From contig OX597814.1 of assembly GCA_951406725.2 (NCBI GenBank), forward strand, positions 59,272,001 through 59,336,000: DNA of 64,000 bases. The letters are read 5' to 3'. A program made the position numbers and the translations under genes. Below are positions 39,393-52,038 of the stretch, piece by piece (position 1 is the first letter of the stretch; each line of letters starts with the position of its first letter). This DNA comes from Octopus vulgaris. Taxonomy: Eukaryota. The notes beneath the pieces were generated by a model. That model ran no database searches and was not told where the DNA came from. It saw nothing but the letters and a program-made list of their open reading frames with translations.

Positions 39393-40479
39393 TACACATC
39401 TACATATGCATCTGGGTACATGTTTAAATAGGTATATACATGTATGTATATATTGAGGCATAGATTTATATATTAACATATGTATATATGTGAAAGTTTT
39501 TTTGTATCTGTGTCTGTATGTTTGTCTGCGTGTGTGCGTGTGTTTTCGTGTGTGTATTTGAGTGTCGGTGTACGTTTATATTTTTTACGTGAAGTATATT
39601 ATTGTAGCGAATGAAATATGTTCCATAATGGAAATGTCCATTGATGCAGTTAAATGGAAAAAGTGAATTGTGAATCTTAATTCACAAAATTTTAATTAGA
39701 ATTCTATATATAAAGAAAATGAACCAAATAGGGTTGTTTATGAAACTCCTGCTGCCTAAAGCATCTTATACGATATAAGTTAACAATCACCTATAATTGG
39801 AAAATATTTACTCATGCTCGACTTCTGAAATACAATGTTTCTTGAAATGTATATTTGTCATACTTCTAGTTGTATGAATAGATGTGTGCATACACACACA
39901 GGCAAACAGATGTATGTATGCATTTTTGTGCATATATATATATATATATATGTGTGTGTATGTGTGTGTGTGTTTGTATGTATAAATATATATGAATATA
40001 TGCATATACATATGTATACATACAGATATACATATATATATATATATGTGTCTGTGTGTCTGAGTGTATGCGTGTGTATGTATATATGTATGTATATGTA
40101 CAAATACGTATATAAACAAGAAAAATGTTAGATCTATTACTACATATATTTACAAGTGTATCAACTGATTTCTATCTCGTGACTATTTATATATTATGCA
40201 ACCATCGATTATGTGGTATCATTGTTGAGTACTGAATTCTAGTACGTTGTTCTTCGTGGATGATGCTGAAGCTACGATCTCGTGATCGTGAGTGCAGCAC
40301 CCAACACACTGGGTTATATATAGACGCGTGTGCGTGTGTGTGTGTGTGTAATTATAATTTGAATGCTAAAACAACTAAATCATTGAGTATGTTTGAGCAG
40401 TGAAAGGCATACTCACAGCGAATGATAAATTAACATTTCGTTGAATTACATATGTTCTTTCTCAGTAGTCAGATCATTT

Positions 40480-41145
40480 AAAGCTGGAGAGCTGACTGAA
40501 TCGTTAACATGGTAAGCAAAATGCTCAGCGGCAAACCCTTTTACGCTCCGAGTTCAAATTCCGCCGAAGTCAATTTTGCTTCTCCTCATTTCGGGTTCGA
40601 TATAAGTGCCAGTTGTGCACTGCAGTCGATGTAATCGACTTACCCCTACCTCAAAACTGCTGGCCATGTGCCAAAATTTGAAATCAGTATTTAGATCGTT
40701 TCAAAGCGGTAGCTGGCGGAATCGTTACAGCGCCGGCTAAAATGCTTAGCTGCATTTCGTCTGTCTTTATGTCCAGAGTTCAAATTCCAGAAGGCCAACG
40801 TTGCTTTTCATTCTTCCGAGGACGATTAAGAACATAGAAGTCAAGCATTGGGAACGATTTAATCGACATACACACTCCTCCACAATTTTAGATCTTGTGC
40901 CAATATTTCAAACCAATATTCGAATAAATTTAAGCCACAGAGCTGGTGGAAGAGTTATCGTGTCGAACAAAATGCTTAGTGGTATCTCTTGAGAATTTAA
41001 GTTCTGAGTTCAAATGCCACCGAGGTCCACATTGCTTTCACCCCTTAGAAGTCAATAAAATATTTGTTCATAGTGGCTCCGACGTAATAGACTTACCTCC
41101 TTCCTAGAAATTGCTGTCCTGTTGCCAAAATTTGATACCAATGTT
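40480..41145 (+). mobile_element. Three head-to-tail family A SINEs
   Basis: Units ~40483-40690, 40703-40920, 40935-41142, each 'gagctg..gaatcgtt...gagttcaaat...gtgccaaaatttgaaa'. Confidence 0.8.
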
Positions 41146-41744
41146 TAGATCATTTTGTCTTTAGTCTTTTCCGTTTTTATTTGGCAATAACCTATATATA
41201 TATATATATATTGTATGCTCGAAATACAAATAGGAAATTTTAGCAACAATTTATTATTCTTATATTGGAATCTTATGTAATAATCTTTGATCAAAATGCA
41301 TATGCATGTGAAGATACACATGACCGCCTTGGTACTCTACGACAATTAAATCTCCAAAGATTTTGATTTATGCTTAATTTATCTGAAACATTCCAAGTGT
41401 CTTATTAAATGTTGGTAATTTTAAAGAGACATTCCATTGTCAAAGCTTCGCATATTTGGCGCAATTGCAGATTGGTTGTAGTTCTCTAAACGTGTAAAGA
41501 TATAAAATAATCCTCTGTGTTCGGTATACTGCATAATTAAATTTTATCAATATCTGATACGTAACCTTTACTGGAACTTCTGATTTTAGACTGATATTCG
41601 ATAACATATGTAGATGATATTGTTGGTTGCAAGAACACAACATTCGGCGTACGTTTTGCATAGCTTATAATGATAGTAAATAGAAAACATGATCGGTTAG
41701 AGGTTACGAGTAGGTTGTGGAGATGTTGCATTTCAAAAGTGTAT

Positions 41745-41920
41745 GGTCGCAGGAGTGGCCTATACATGGGTCCTGGTTTAGTCCCAGCGCATTGTACCTT
41801 GGGTAAGTGTCTTGTACTATAGCCTCGGTCCGACCAAAGCCTTGTGTGTAGATTTGGTAGACGGAAACTGAAAGAAGCCCGTTAGTGGCTTCAGTAGACG
41901 GAAAATTTAAGAAGTCTGTC

Positions 41921-42017
<97 letters not shown>

Positions 42018-42160
42018 TATGTATGTATGTATTTATGTCTGTGGAATTGTATCTGTATTTGTTATCCCCCACTATCGCTTAGAAACCGATGTTGGTGTTT
42101 TAACGTCCCCGTCACTTTGCGGTTGGGCAGAGGATATCAGTAGAATAAGCACTAGGCATT
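41745..42160 (+). mobile_element. Family B SINE with internal duplication and (TA)n
   Basis: 'gcaggagtggc...gtagacggaaa' duplicated at ~41857 and ~41894. Confidence 0.8.
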
Positions 42161-42339
42161 CTTTGCTGCAATAATTTAAGTAAAAAAGTTTCTTATTCTT
42201 TACTTTACTAGAAGTAATAATTTGTCATATACTTTTCCAGGTGTAATAACTTGTTCTATACATTTCCACATTTATAATCTTAAGAATACTACTTTGCATG
42301 CTCACATTTTTCCATGTAATATATATATATATATATTAT

Positions 42340-42630
42340 AGCCACTGGCCGGTCTAAACCTCGTTAGTGGATTTTGTACACGGAAACTAAAAGAATTCTG
42401 TTGTATATATGTGTTTATTTATATGTACGTGTGTGTTCTATACCCACCATTGTTTGACAACCGATGTTGCTGTGTTTATGTTCCCGTAACTTGGTGGTTC
42501 AGTAAAAGTCACTAATAGAATAAGTACTAGGCTTACAAAGAATAAAATTTGTGGCGAATTTCTTCGACCAACGGCGGTGCTCCAGCATAGCCGCTGTTAC
42601 ATAACTGAAACAAGTAAAACAACAAAAAGA
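42340..42630 (+). mobile_element. Family B SINE 3' part
   Basis: 'gacaaccgatgttgctgtgtttatg...ggcggtgctccagcat'. Confidence 0.75.
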
Positions 42631-42668
42631 CTATAGTAATTTAATCCCGAGCAAGGGGAAGGGATATG

Positions 42669-43020
42669 TGGAGGCGCAATGGCCTAGTGGTTAAGGCAGC
42701 GGTTTCGATTCCCAGACCGGAGATTGTGAGTGTTTATTGAGCAGAAACACCTAAAGCTCCACGAGGCTCCGGCAGGGGGTGGTGGCGAACCCTGCTGTGC
42801 ACTTTCACTACAACTTTCTCTCACGCTTTCTGTTTCTATTGTATCTGTATTTCAAATGGTCAGCATTATCATACTCTGTGTCACAATGAATCTCCTTGAG
42901 AACTACGTTAAAGGTACACGTGTCTGTGGAGTTCTCAACCACTTGCACGTTAATTTCGTGAGCAGACTGTTCCGTTTATCGGATCAAGTTGAGCCCTCGT
43001 CGTCATAAACGACGGAGTGC
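42669..43020 (+). mobile_element. Family C tRNA-derived SINE
   Basis: 'ggaggcgcaatggcctagtggttaaggcagcggtttcgattcccagaccgg'; 'gagaactacgttaaagg' shared with the 61104 copy. Confidence 0.8.
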
Positions 43021-43032
43021 CCCCCCCCCCCG

Positions 43033-43085
<53 letters not shown>

Positions 43086-43589
43086 ATGTATGTATACACA
43101 CATATATCTATATATTTGTATTAATATCTAACCATCTATTTACCTACCTACCTGTATTTATATAAATGAATATACATTCAATTTGGTGATATTTCATTTC
43201 TTTAGTAATTCGTTTATATTCAATAATTTAAAATGTACCTAAGCGGTTGATGACCCTGTAAACGGGAAAAAAAAATTTTCGTTTTTGTTATGAATTGGAT
43301 TGCTTAATTTTGGGAACCTTTTTCTCTATTCTCTAATTCAAAGCTGTATTGAGTATAGGAGCTCATATCAGCCAACTTTGTGCTTATAATACATTCTTGC
43401 ATCTGCATTGTTTTTAACACGACACGGTATTAGTTTTATAGCAGAATTAATATTTAACGACTAAAGAGATGGATTGTTTGTGATTGTGTGGTTGAGCGCG
43501 TGATAGATACATACATAAATAAGTATATGCACAGACACGTGCGCGCGCACGCACATGCACACACACACACACATACTCACACACACATA

Positions 43590-43737
43590 GGCTCCTTTCA
43601 GTTTCCATCTACCAAATCCACTCAGAAGGCTTTGTCCGCCCGAAGGCTATAGTAGTAGACACTTACCGAAGGTGCTTGGCAGTAGGACTGCACCCGGAAT
43701 CATGTGGTTGGGGAGTAATCTTCTTACTCACGCCTGT
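43590..43737 (-). mobile_element. Family B SINE 5' half
   Basis: 'tttcagtttccatctaccaaatccactc...'. Confidence 0.75.
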
Positions 43738-43741
43738 ATTT

Positions 43742-43795
<54 letters not shown>

Positions 43796-44879
43796 CTATA
43801 TATCGATAAACATATACGTATATATATGTATATATATACGTATACGTATGGCGAATATGTGTCTGATTTTCTATTGCATGTATAAATACCACACTCTATA
43901 ACCGCACACAATATACAATTGCTGTAAAATAAGTAATGTAAATCATTATTTGTTAATGTTTGTTTTATAATGTAAATATTTTGAATTCTAAGCAGCACAA
44001 GCGCTTTTAATAATGCGACATGTAAAATATGGTAATACTTAGTTGTTGTTTTTTAAACATCATATAACATTACGTTGATACGCTGACAGTATGATTTAAA
44101 ACGTTTCAGCTGCATCAAATGACAGAGTTGATACTATTTACAAATTTGTTTTACTTTTGTTTTATCGAAGACGATATCTGTTAGTTTTATATTAACTCTA
44201 TTTATCTATGAATATAGATAAATATAATATCATTTAATATTATTATACGCATTATAAGATTAGAATAATTTCCAAACATAATTTTAAACAGCATAGACTT
44301 TTACGAAACTATTTTTAATTTTTCTCTCAGCTTAATACTTGAAAAATACCTATAAACATATACCACTACTTTAACATTCGTCACTTACAAGTGAATACGA
44401 AGAAAGGCAACTGATTACGGAAATAACCATTTAATCTTAGTAAACATTTCATTGAAAATAAAAGCTTCTGTTGCCCACTCCTGACCAAATGAATTTAGAA
44501 CAGTATAATCAGTCACATAATTTGATTTTAATTTTCATCAACGTATACTCATATTAGACAGCAGAACTGTTACCAGGAGGGGTAACGTAATAACGTTTTT
44601 GTCCTGAGTCATAAGACTGAAAACATTTGTCTAAACTATATTGACAAACTTACTCGAGGCTCTCAAGTATCAACACCAGCGAAATACACACCAAAGTTAA
44701 GAAGCACCTATGGTGACATTCACGATAAAACAGAAATGAAAATAACAAAAATAGAACTATGTAATATAAAGTAACGATTTTACGACTAAACGAAGTTCCT
44801 ATTGCGTCTGTGGACCACAAAATCACCACTATTAGAAGCTCTAAGTACAGGCAAAATTAATCCTCTTGTGAATATTATA

Positions 44880-45111
44880 TATTTCTTTACTACCCACAAG
44901 GGGCTAAACACAGAGGGGACAAACAAGGACAGACAAAGGGACTAAGTCGATTACATCGACCCCAGTGCGTAGCTGGTACTTAATTTATCGACCTCGAAAG
45001 GATGAAAGGCAAAGTCGACCTCGACGGAATTTGAACTCGGAACGTAACGACAGACGAAATACGGCTACGCATTTCGCCCGGCGTACTAACGTTTCTGCCA
45101 GCTCTCTGCCT
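44880..45111 (-). mobile_element. Full-length family A SINE
   Basis: Very similar to 20733-20962; degenerate TSD gtgaatat on both sides. Confidence 0.9.
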
Positions 45112-46331
45112 TCACGTGAATATAATAGAAGACCATTTTTCCGATAACCTTGATTGCACCAGGCATTTGCGACAACGGAAAAATAAGTGGTCATAATTCA
45201 ATTGGTTTATGTCACAATAGAAATACGTATAAATCCACTCAGTTCGATAATGCCGAATTTTAGGTTCAATTATCAAATCTCTTCTTCCATAATGCCATTG
45301 TGATTCGAAAGTCACATTCAGATATTGAATACAGCGATTTTGACAATCATACAACCCAGAATTTTATTAATTTTGATAGTAACTTAGCGTTGATCTGATG
45401 ATTGGTAATATTAACGGAAACAAGATCCAATAGATAGACGACTTACGTGTTATATACATACTTAGGTCAAGGTACAACACTTTCGGTATGCTTCGACATT
45501 GGTTATGGGTTACAAATATCAATTGGAACTGGCTTGAAATAATGAAATAGTCAGTATTTACAGCGGTATCCTACTTAAAACCAGAGTAACTAACTATAGT
45601 CAACCTCCTTGCCTTTACAATAACTCTCAGGAGAGAACTTGGATTCTACATAAATAAGATTTTTTTTTACGTCGGTGAAAACCTCAAGGACCATTCAATA
45701 ATCGTTTATATATATTATACCAAAGAGTATGTGGTATATTTTCACATCAAACAATAACTGATAAAGCTACAAGATCCCTTTGCAGTTGCTGCAAAACTGT
45801 AGTTTCAGCCATTTTAAAAGCATTTTGTTTCAAAGAGAAACCTATCTTCGTGTGCGAGCTAAACAAGACAGGCGCCAATTAATGAAACCAAGCAACAAAC
45901 GTAACGTGATCTAGTTATTCCTTATATATTACGATATAAAATTTTAAGTTACCATTTCCTGAAAGTAATTTACAGACTACCTCTCACGTAATGCAAACTT
46001 TAAATTTCATAACAGTCAAAAGTTGATATTAAGCAGTTGAGATGAAGAAGCAGAGTCATAATCAGGTGAAGCATGATATACAAATCAGAAATATACACAA
46101 CCCACGAGATCTGAATTAGTTCCGCGAACAACAACAATCAACATAACGTAACCCGCGATATGTCAAGCAAAATTCGAGTAAAGTAAATAAACAAGAAAGA
46201 GTATTCCAATGGTAAAATAGTAAGATGCGCTATTTGAATTACTCATCAGAACTGCAGACAAATATATTTTCCGATTCCAACTGAGAAATTGAAAAAGAAA
46301 CAAATTAGCCTTTAGGTATTTCATTTAAATC

Positions 46332-46366
<35 letters not shown>

Positions 46367-47550
46367 GTTGCTACAGACATCGCATCAATAAAACAAGGAC
46401 AAAGCTCTTGATAATGATATCGTTCTAAAGAAAAGGCTAACTTAGCTTACATATATAAATGCAAGTAGATGATGCTATCAAATAAAAAAAATTCGCTGAT
46501 AGTGCAAAACTTCAACATGAATACTGTAAAGAATGACTACAAGTTAAAATAAATCGCTTTCTAAAGCTTTTTTTTATATATAACACATGTCAGTAGAATC
46601 TTTGAACATAAAACAGAATATTAGATTAGAAAAGCAGACGTTTAAAAATAAAACATTACACGGTATATACATACTGTAATGACAAAGAACAAAAGACGAT
46701 TCGGCTTAGCAATAATAGAAATATTTTTATAAGCATAATCTGTCTGCACAATTGTTCATAAATAAAGAAAGTAATAAAATTTAAGACAAATATTACTGTT
46801 AATTAATAAAATATTTATGACTTTCAAAATGTGATAAATCATCACTTCACCAATGTGATAAATGTAATAAATATGATACATAATCTCGTCATCAATACCC
46901 ACCAGATCCTTCATCTATTGCATTAATTACTGTATCGCTTCCAGTGCCATCAAATCATTTATTAATGCCATACTTTTAGAAAGGCTTCACAAATTACACT
47001 TGTTATATTACCCCGAAATATTTTCACACATGTATTTCCCTGCCGTTCTGAGATGCCAGGCTGAATCATTTGTACGCTTATCCTAGTGTTTTTTGCATAC
47101 ATGTACATGATATGTTCATGCACGCATCGAAATACTGCAACTATCTTGTTGAAGTACCAGAAATGATTGTATCTCGTGCTTATATTCTACTCACCTACAT
47201 TTAAAGACAGAATTTCGTAAGATTCACAAATAATAACATAGCTTTCGTACGAATCTGTCTGGGTGTATAGCAACGTATATTCTCTTTTACTTCAAGGCAT
47301 ATCAACTGTTGATTATTAAGACTGTTTCCCAGTCTCCTTTGATGTTGATAACAACGGCTTCAAGTTGATTATAAAGTTGATATTAATAATTATTTATACT
47401 ACTGAGAGAAAGTCTGAAATGTGAGTGGGATGGGACAAGTCGATAACCGCAATTGCAGTATTTAACTGGTATTAATTTCATTCACTCTCGCAAAGTCAAA
47501 AGGCAAGTTAACTTCGGAAAAATGTGACCGTTAACAATAATAATAATGAT

Positions 47551-47648
47551 AAGAAGAAGAAAACGAAGAAGAAGAAGAAGAAGAAGAAGAAGAAGAAGAA
47601 GAAGAAGAAGAAGAAGAAGAAGAAGAAGAAGAAGAAGAAGAAGAAGAA
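47551..47648. repeat. (AAG)n microsatellite
   Basis: Directly visible. Confidence 0.95.
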
Positions 47649-47649
47649 G

Positions 47650-47861
47650 GTCTGGAAATAGCAGTAACTCGAATGTGGAGCCTGGAAGCAGAAACAATTT
47701 CTACAATAGTCGGCGCATTAGGTATGATATAAAAAAACAACATTCACAGAACTACATAACCAAAATACCAGGACTTACAAGTGTATATAACATACAGAAA
47801 AAGTACTACTTGGCTTTGCACACATCCTACGTAAAGCACATGATAAAAATAAGACTACTGA
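47650..47861 (+). mobile_element. R4/Dong-like RLE LINE 3' fragment with (TAA)n tail
   Basis: Similar to 49695-49990; ends 'actactgaa' plus (TAA)n. Confidence 0.75.
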
Positions 47862-47864
47862 ATG

Positions 47865-47971
<107 letters not shown>

Positions 47972-48023
47972 TAATATTCTTATTATTATTATTATTCTCA
48001 TTCTTCTTCTTCATCTTCTTCTT

Positions 48024-48097
<74 letters not shown>

Positions 48098-48101
<4 letters not shown>

Positions 48102-48455
48102 TAGTTTTATTTTTATAGCGTGCTTTCACTTCACTACCGAGCGCAGCTCTGTGTGCCTTGGGTATGTGCTGTGATTTGTTGTGATGCTCTGATGGTTATT
48201 GTATGGAAAGTGTTCTGCGTAGGATGTGTGCAGTGCCTAGTAGTGCAATTTTCTGTATGTATGTGTTTGTAAGTTCTGGTGTTTTTGTTATGTATTTGTC
48301 TGAATATTTTTTTATTATGCCTAATGCACCTACTATGATAGGAATTGTTTCTGTTTTCAGATTCCACATTCTAGTTACCTCTATTTCCAGGTCTTTGTAT
48401 TTTGAGAGTTTCTCCATTTCTTTTAGAGACACGTTGTCATCTGCCGGTATTGATA

Positions 48456-48457
<2 letters not shown>
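48098..48457 (-). mobile_element. R4/Dong-like RLE LINE 3' fragment, near-identical to 49628-49992
   Basis: VSIPADDNVSLKEMEKLSKYKDLEIEVTRMW...IPIIVGALG; (TAA)n on both sides. Confidence 0.9.
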
Positions 48458-48528
<71 letters not shown>

Positions 48529-48554
48529 GCAATAACAATAATAACAATAATAAT

Positions 48555-48910
48555 TGATATGACTGTCCCAATCGACATAAATGTATCTATCAAGACATAC
48601 CAAAACTGAGCAAGTATAAAGTTCCTGAAATAGAAATTAGCAAAATGTAGAACCTGAAGACTAAAACGATACCTGTTGTGATAGGTGCCCTAGGAATGAT
48701 AGCAAAAGGGGCTGATTGCAAACTAGTTTCCATACAAGGAAATCCAAAACGACAGAAATTTTAAAGATACTACTCGTTAGAACTACACATATCCTACGAA
48801 AAACATTATGTAATCTCAAATTTAGAATTTTCTTTTGTTTTCTTAAACATCCTCTAGAACAAAACTATGCGCAAAACCAAATATATGACACTCTATGCAT
48901 AATACCAACA

Positions 48911-48912
<2 letters not shown>
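48555..48912 (+). mobile_element. Related RLE LINE 3' fragment (second subfamily)
   Basis: IDMTVPID..KLSKYK..EIEISKM...IPVVIGALG; (TAA)n tail. Confidence 0.75.
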
Positions 48913-48973
<61 letters not shown>

Positions 48974-48974
<1 letters not shown>

Positions 48975-49992
48975 GGAAGTATTTAAGGAAGCTGACAAAT
49001 ACAAACAAGAAATCATACCACCTAATAAACATGAAGAAGAAGAAGAAGATGAAGAAACAACAAAAGCTATAAAACAAATGAAATCCAAACTAAAAATAGA
49101 ACAGCAACGAACCATGATAAAACGATGGCAAGAAAAGCCCCTTCATGGTAAATACTGGACTAAACTAAACGCAAAAGAAATAGACAAAGAAAAATCCCAG
49201 CAATGGTTGAGAAGCTCAGGACTCAAAGCAGAAACAGAGGGATTTTTAATTGCAGCACAAGACCAAAGCCTCCCCACCAGAAATTACCAAAAACATGTAA
49301 TGAAAAGAAATATTACAAATAACCGCAGAATATGTGGAGATGGACAAGAAACAATAAATCATATTATCTCTAGCTGCCCAGTCCTGGCTAAGAAGGAATA
49401 TATTCACAGACATGACAGAGTTGGAACCTACACACATTGGAAGCTATGCCAACATTATGGAATAACAACAGAAAAAAGATGGTATAGGCACACACCAGAA
49501 AAGGTCACAGAAAACGAGAAAGCAACCATATTCTGGGATATGCCGATACACAGAGATAGAGAAATTAAGGCCAACAGACCAGATATAGTTGTCAGAGATC
49601 ATGAAGAAAAAAATGCTTTCTAATTGGTGTATCAATACCGGCTGATGACAACGTGTCTCTAAAAGAAATGGAGAAACTCTCAAAATACAAAGACCTGGAA
49701 ATAGAGGTAACTAGAATGTGGAATCTGAAAACAGAAACAATTCCTATCATAGTAGGTGCATTAGGCATGATAAAAAAATATTCAGACAAATACATAACAA
49801 AAACACCAGGACTTACAAACACATATAACATACAGAAAATTGCACTACTAGGCACTGCACACATCCTACGCAGAACACTTTCCATACAATAACCATCAGA
49901 GCATCACAACAAATCACAACACATACCCAAGGCACACAGAGCTGCGCTCGGTAGTGAAGTGAAAGCACGCTATAAAAATAAAACTACTGAAT
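48974..49992 (+). mobile_element. 5'-truncated R4/Dong-like LINE (zinc knuckle plus PD-(D/E)XK endonuclease), frameshifted
   Basis: WL..GLKAETEGFLIAAQDQ, (C>R)RICGDGQETINHIISSC, RHD, RPDIVV, KYKDL; frameshift in the A-run ~49610; embedded in (TAA)n. Confidence 0.9.
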
Positions 49993-50011
49993 AATAATAA
50001 TAATAATAATG

Positions 50012-50084
<73 letters not shown>

Positions 50085-50094
50085 TAATAATAAT

Positions 50095-51235
50095 CTTGGA
50101 AGAAGCATGAATTACAAGAGATATACCGGAGAACACGTAAATTAATTAATATGTACAAAGAATTACACCCCAGGTATGATGTGTCAAGATTGTATGTAGA
50201 GAGGAGGGAGAGGGACGGACGGGGAGTAGTGTGTAGTGAACATTGTGTAAGGGAAGAAGAGAATTGCCTGGCTTGGTATGCCAAGGGGAGTAAAGAAGAA
50301 ATGATTGAAGCAGTGAAAACGCAGGGAAACTTGAAAGTGAACAAAACCATAAATCCAATACAATTTAAGAAAGACCGGAGAAAGCAGATGAAGAATTTTT
50401 GGCAGGAAAAAGAAAATTTACAGTCACTTCTTGAAGAATAAAGATGATATTGATTGGAATAGTACCTGGCTGCCTGCAGAAAGGAGACTTAACAGGGACC
50501 ACTGAGTCATTAGTGTGCATCGCTCATGAACAAGCTCTAAGAACGAACTACTCCAAATATCACATTGATAAAAGCACTGACTCGCCACAGTGTAGGATGT
50601 GCTCTGAGAAGGGAGAAAGTATAAGCTCTAAGTATATTGTTAGTGTGTGATGTAAGCTCACACAACGTGAATATAAAAGGAGGCACGTCAATGTGTCCAG
50701 ATATGTCCACTGGCTGTTGTGCGGTAAAGCAAACCTCGAGCGAGCCGAACAATGGTATGAATACAAGCCAGAGGGAGTAATGGAAAACGAACACTAAAAA
50801 AATACTCTTGGATTTTAATAAATAGTGCGAGCAAGTCATAAAGGCGTGACAGCCAGATATAGTGTTCATCCTAAAACATGAAAAAGAAGTGACGCTAATA
50901 GATGTTGCAATACCAAGCGATTCGAAGGTGAAATATTAGGAGAAATACTAGCCCATGTGTGACGAGATATGAAAATTATGGAGCATGAGAAAAGTAATTT
51001 TGATACTGGTGGTAATTGGAGTATAAGGAGCAGTTTCCAGGAGTTTGAAAAACATATTAAGAATATTGGAGCTACTTCCAGGCTCGAGGTGATCTAGAAG
51101 ACATCATGTTGGGTACAGCTCGCTTTCTAAGGAGAGTATCATCCCATTGAGACATAGGATAAGGCACTACTTGAGATCATTGTTGATTTGCTGTTGCCTA
51201 CTTTCAAGTAAAGAATAACCGGTAATTGAGGACAA
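50095..51235 (+). mobile_element. Older RLE LINE remnant (R4-like)
   Basis: LHPRYDVSRLYVERRE..GRG, TESLVCIAHEQAL, CRMCSEKGESI, RPDIV, IDVAIP; many stops. Confidence 0.8.
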
Positions 51236-51603
51236 TCCTAGAGTCTTCCATAATGATAATACACATTGCTTATGCCAAGAAATTTATCCTTTAGAATGAA
51301 GTCTGGCCGAGCTTTTGTCAAATTGGAACGGGAAAGAGAATGATGCAGAGATTTGAATTTGGTAGGAGACAGAGCACAAAGAAAATGGGGCACAGTATAT
51401 ATTTTAAATATAGTGGTTTCCAGTAACATTTCTCTAATAATTTATCGAAAGGAAAGTTAAACAAGATTCATAAAATTCGTGGGAACTGATTATATGTCTC
51501 TGCATCAGTCGCAAAATTCGGAAATATATATCATATTATATAATGCGTGTGTGAGTGTGTATGTGTATGAGTTTATGTGTATATGTATGCATGATATATA
51601 TCC

Positions 51604-51663
<60 letters not shown>

Positions 51664-51699
51664 TATATATATGTATATGTGTAAGGATATATATGTATA

Positions 51700-51910
51700 T
51701 TCTTTTATTCTTTTACTTGTTTCAATCGTTTGACTGCGGCCATGCTGTAGCACCGCCTGTAGTGAAACAAATCGATCCTACGACTTATTGTTTGCTAGCG
51801 TAGTACTTATTGTATCGGTCTATTTTGCTGAACCGCTAGAATTTGGGGATGTAAACACACGAACATCAGTTTTGAAGTGATGGTGGGGGACAAACACCGA
51901 CACGCAAATA
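51700..51910 (-). mobile_element. Family B SINE 3' half
   Basis: 'tcttttacttgtttca...gactgcggccatgctg.agcaccgcc'. Confidence 0.8.
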
Positions 51911-51974
51911 CACACATACACATGCATACATACACACACACACACTATATATATATATATATATATATATAAAC

Positions 51975-52034
<60 letters not shown>

Positions 52035-52038
<4 letters not shown>

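Noticed and set aside
43240-43290. ttgatga-ccc...ggg-aaaa HHR-like pattern; also 24141 (ctgatga) and 60165-60215
   Set aside because: Too degenerate or missing the partner half-core; cannot be distinguished from chance by eye
48895-49892. 242-aa plus 79-aa ORFs as a functional gene
   Set aside because: 5'-truncated LINE; the start lies in the (TAA)n flank, the first zinc-knuckle Cys is mutated and there is a frameshift
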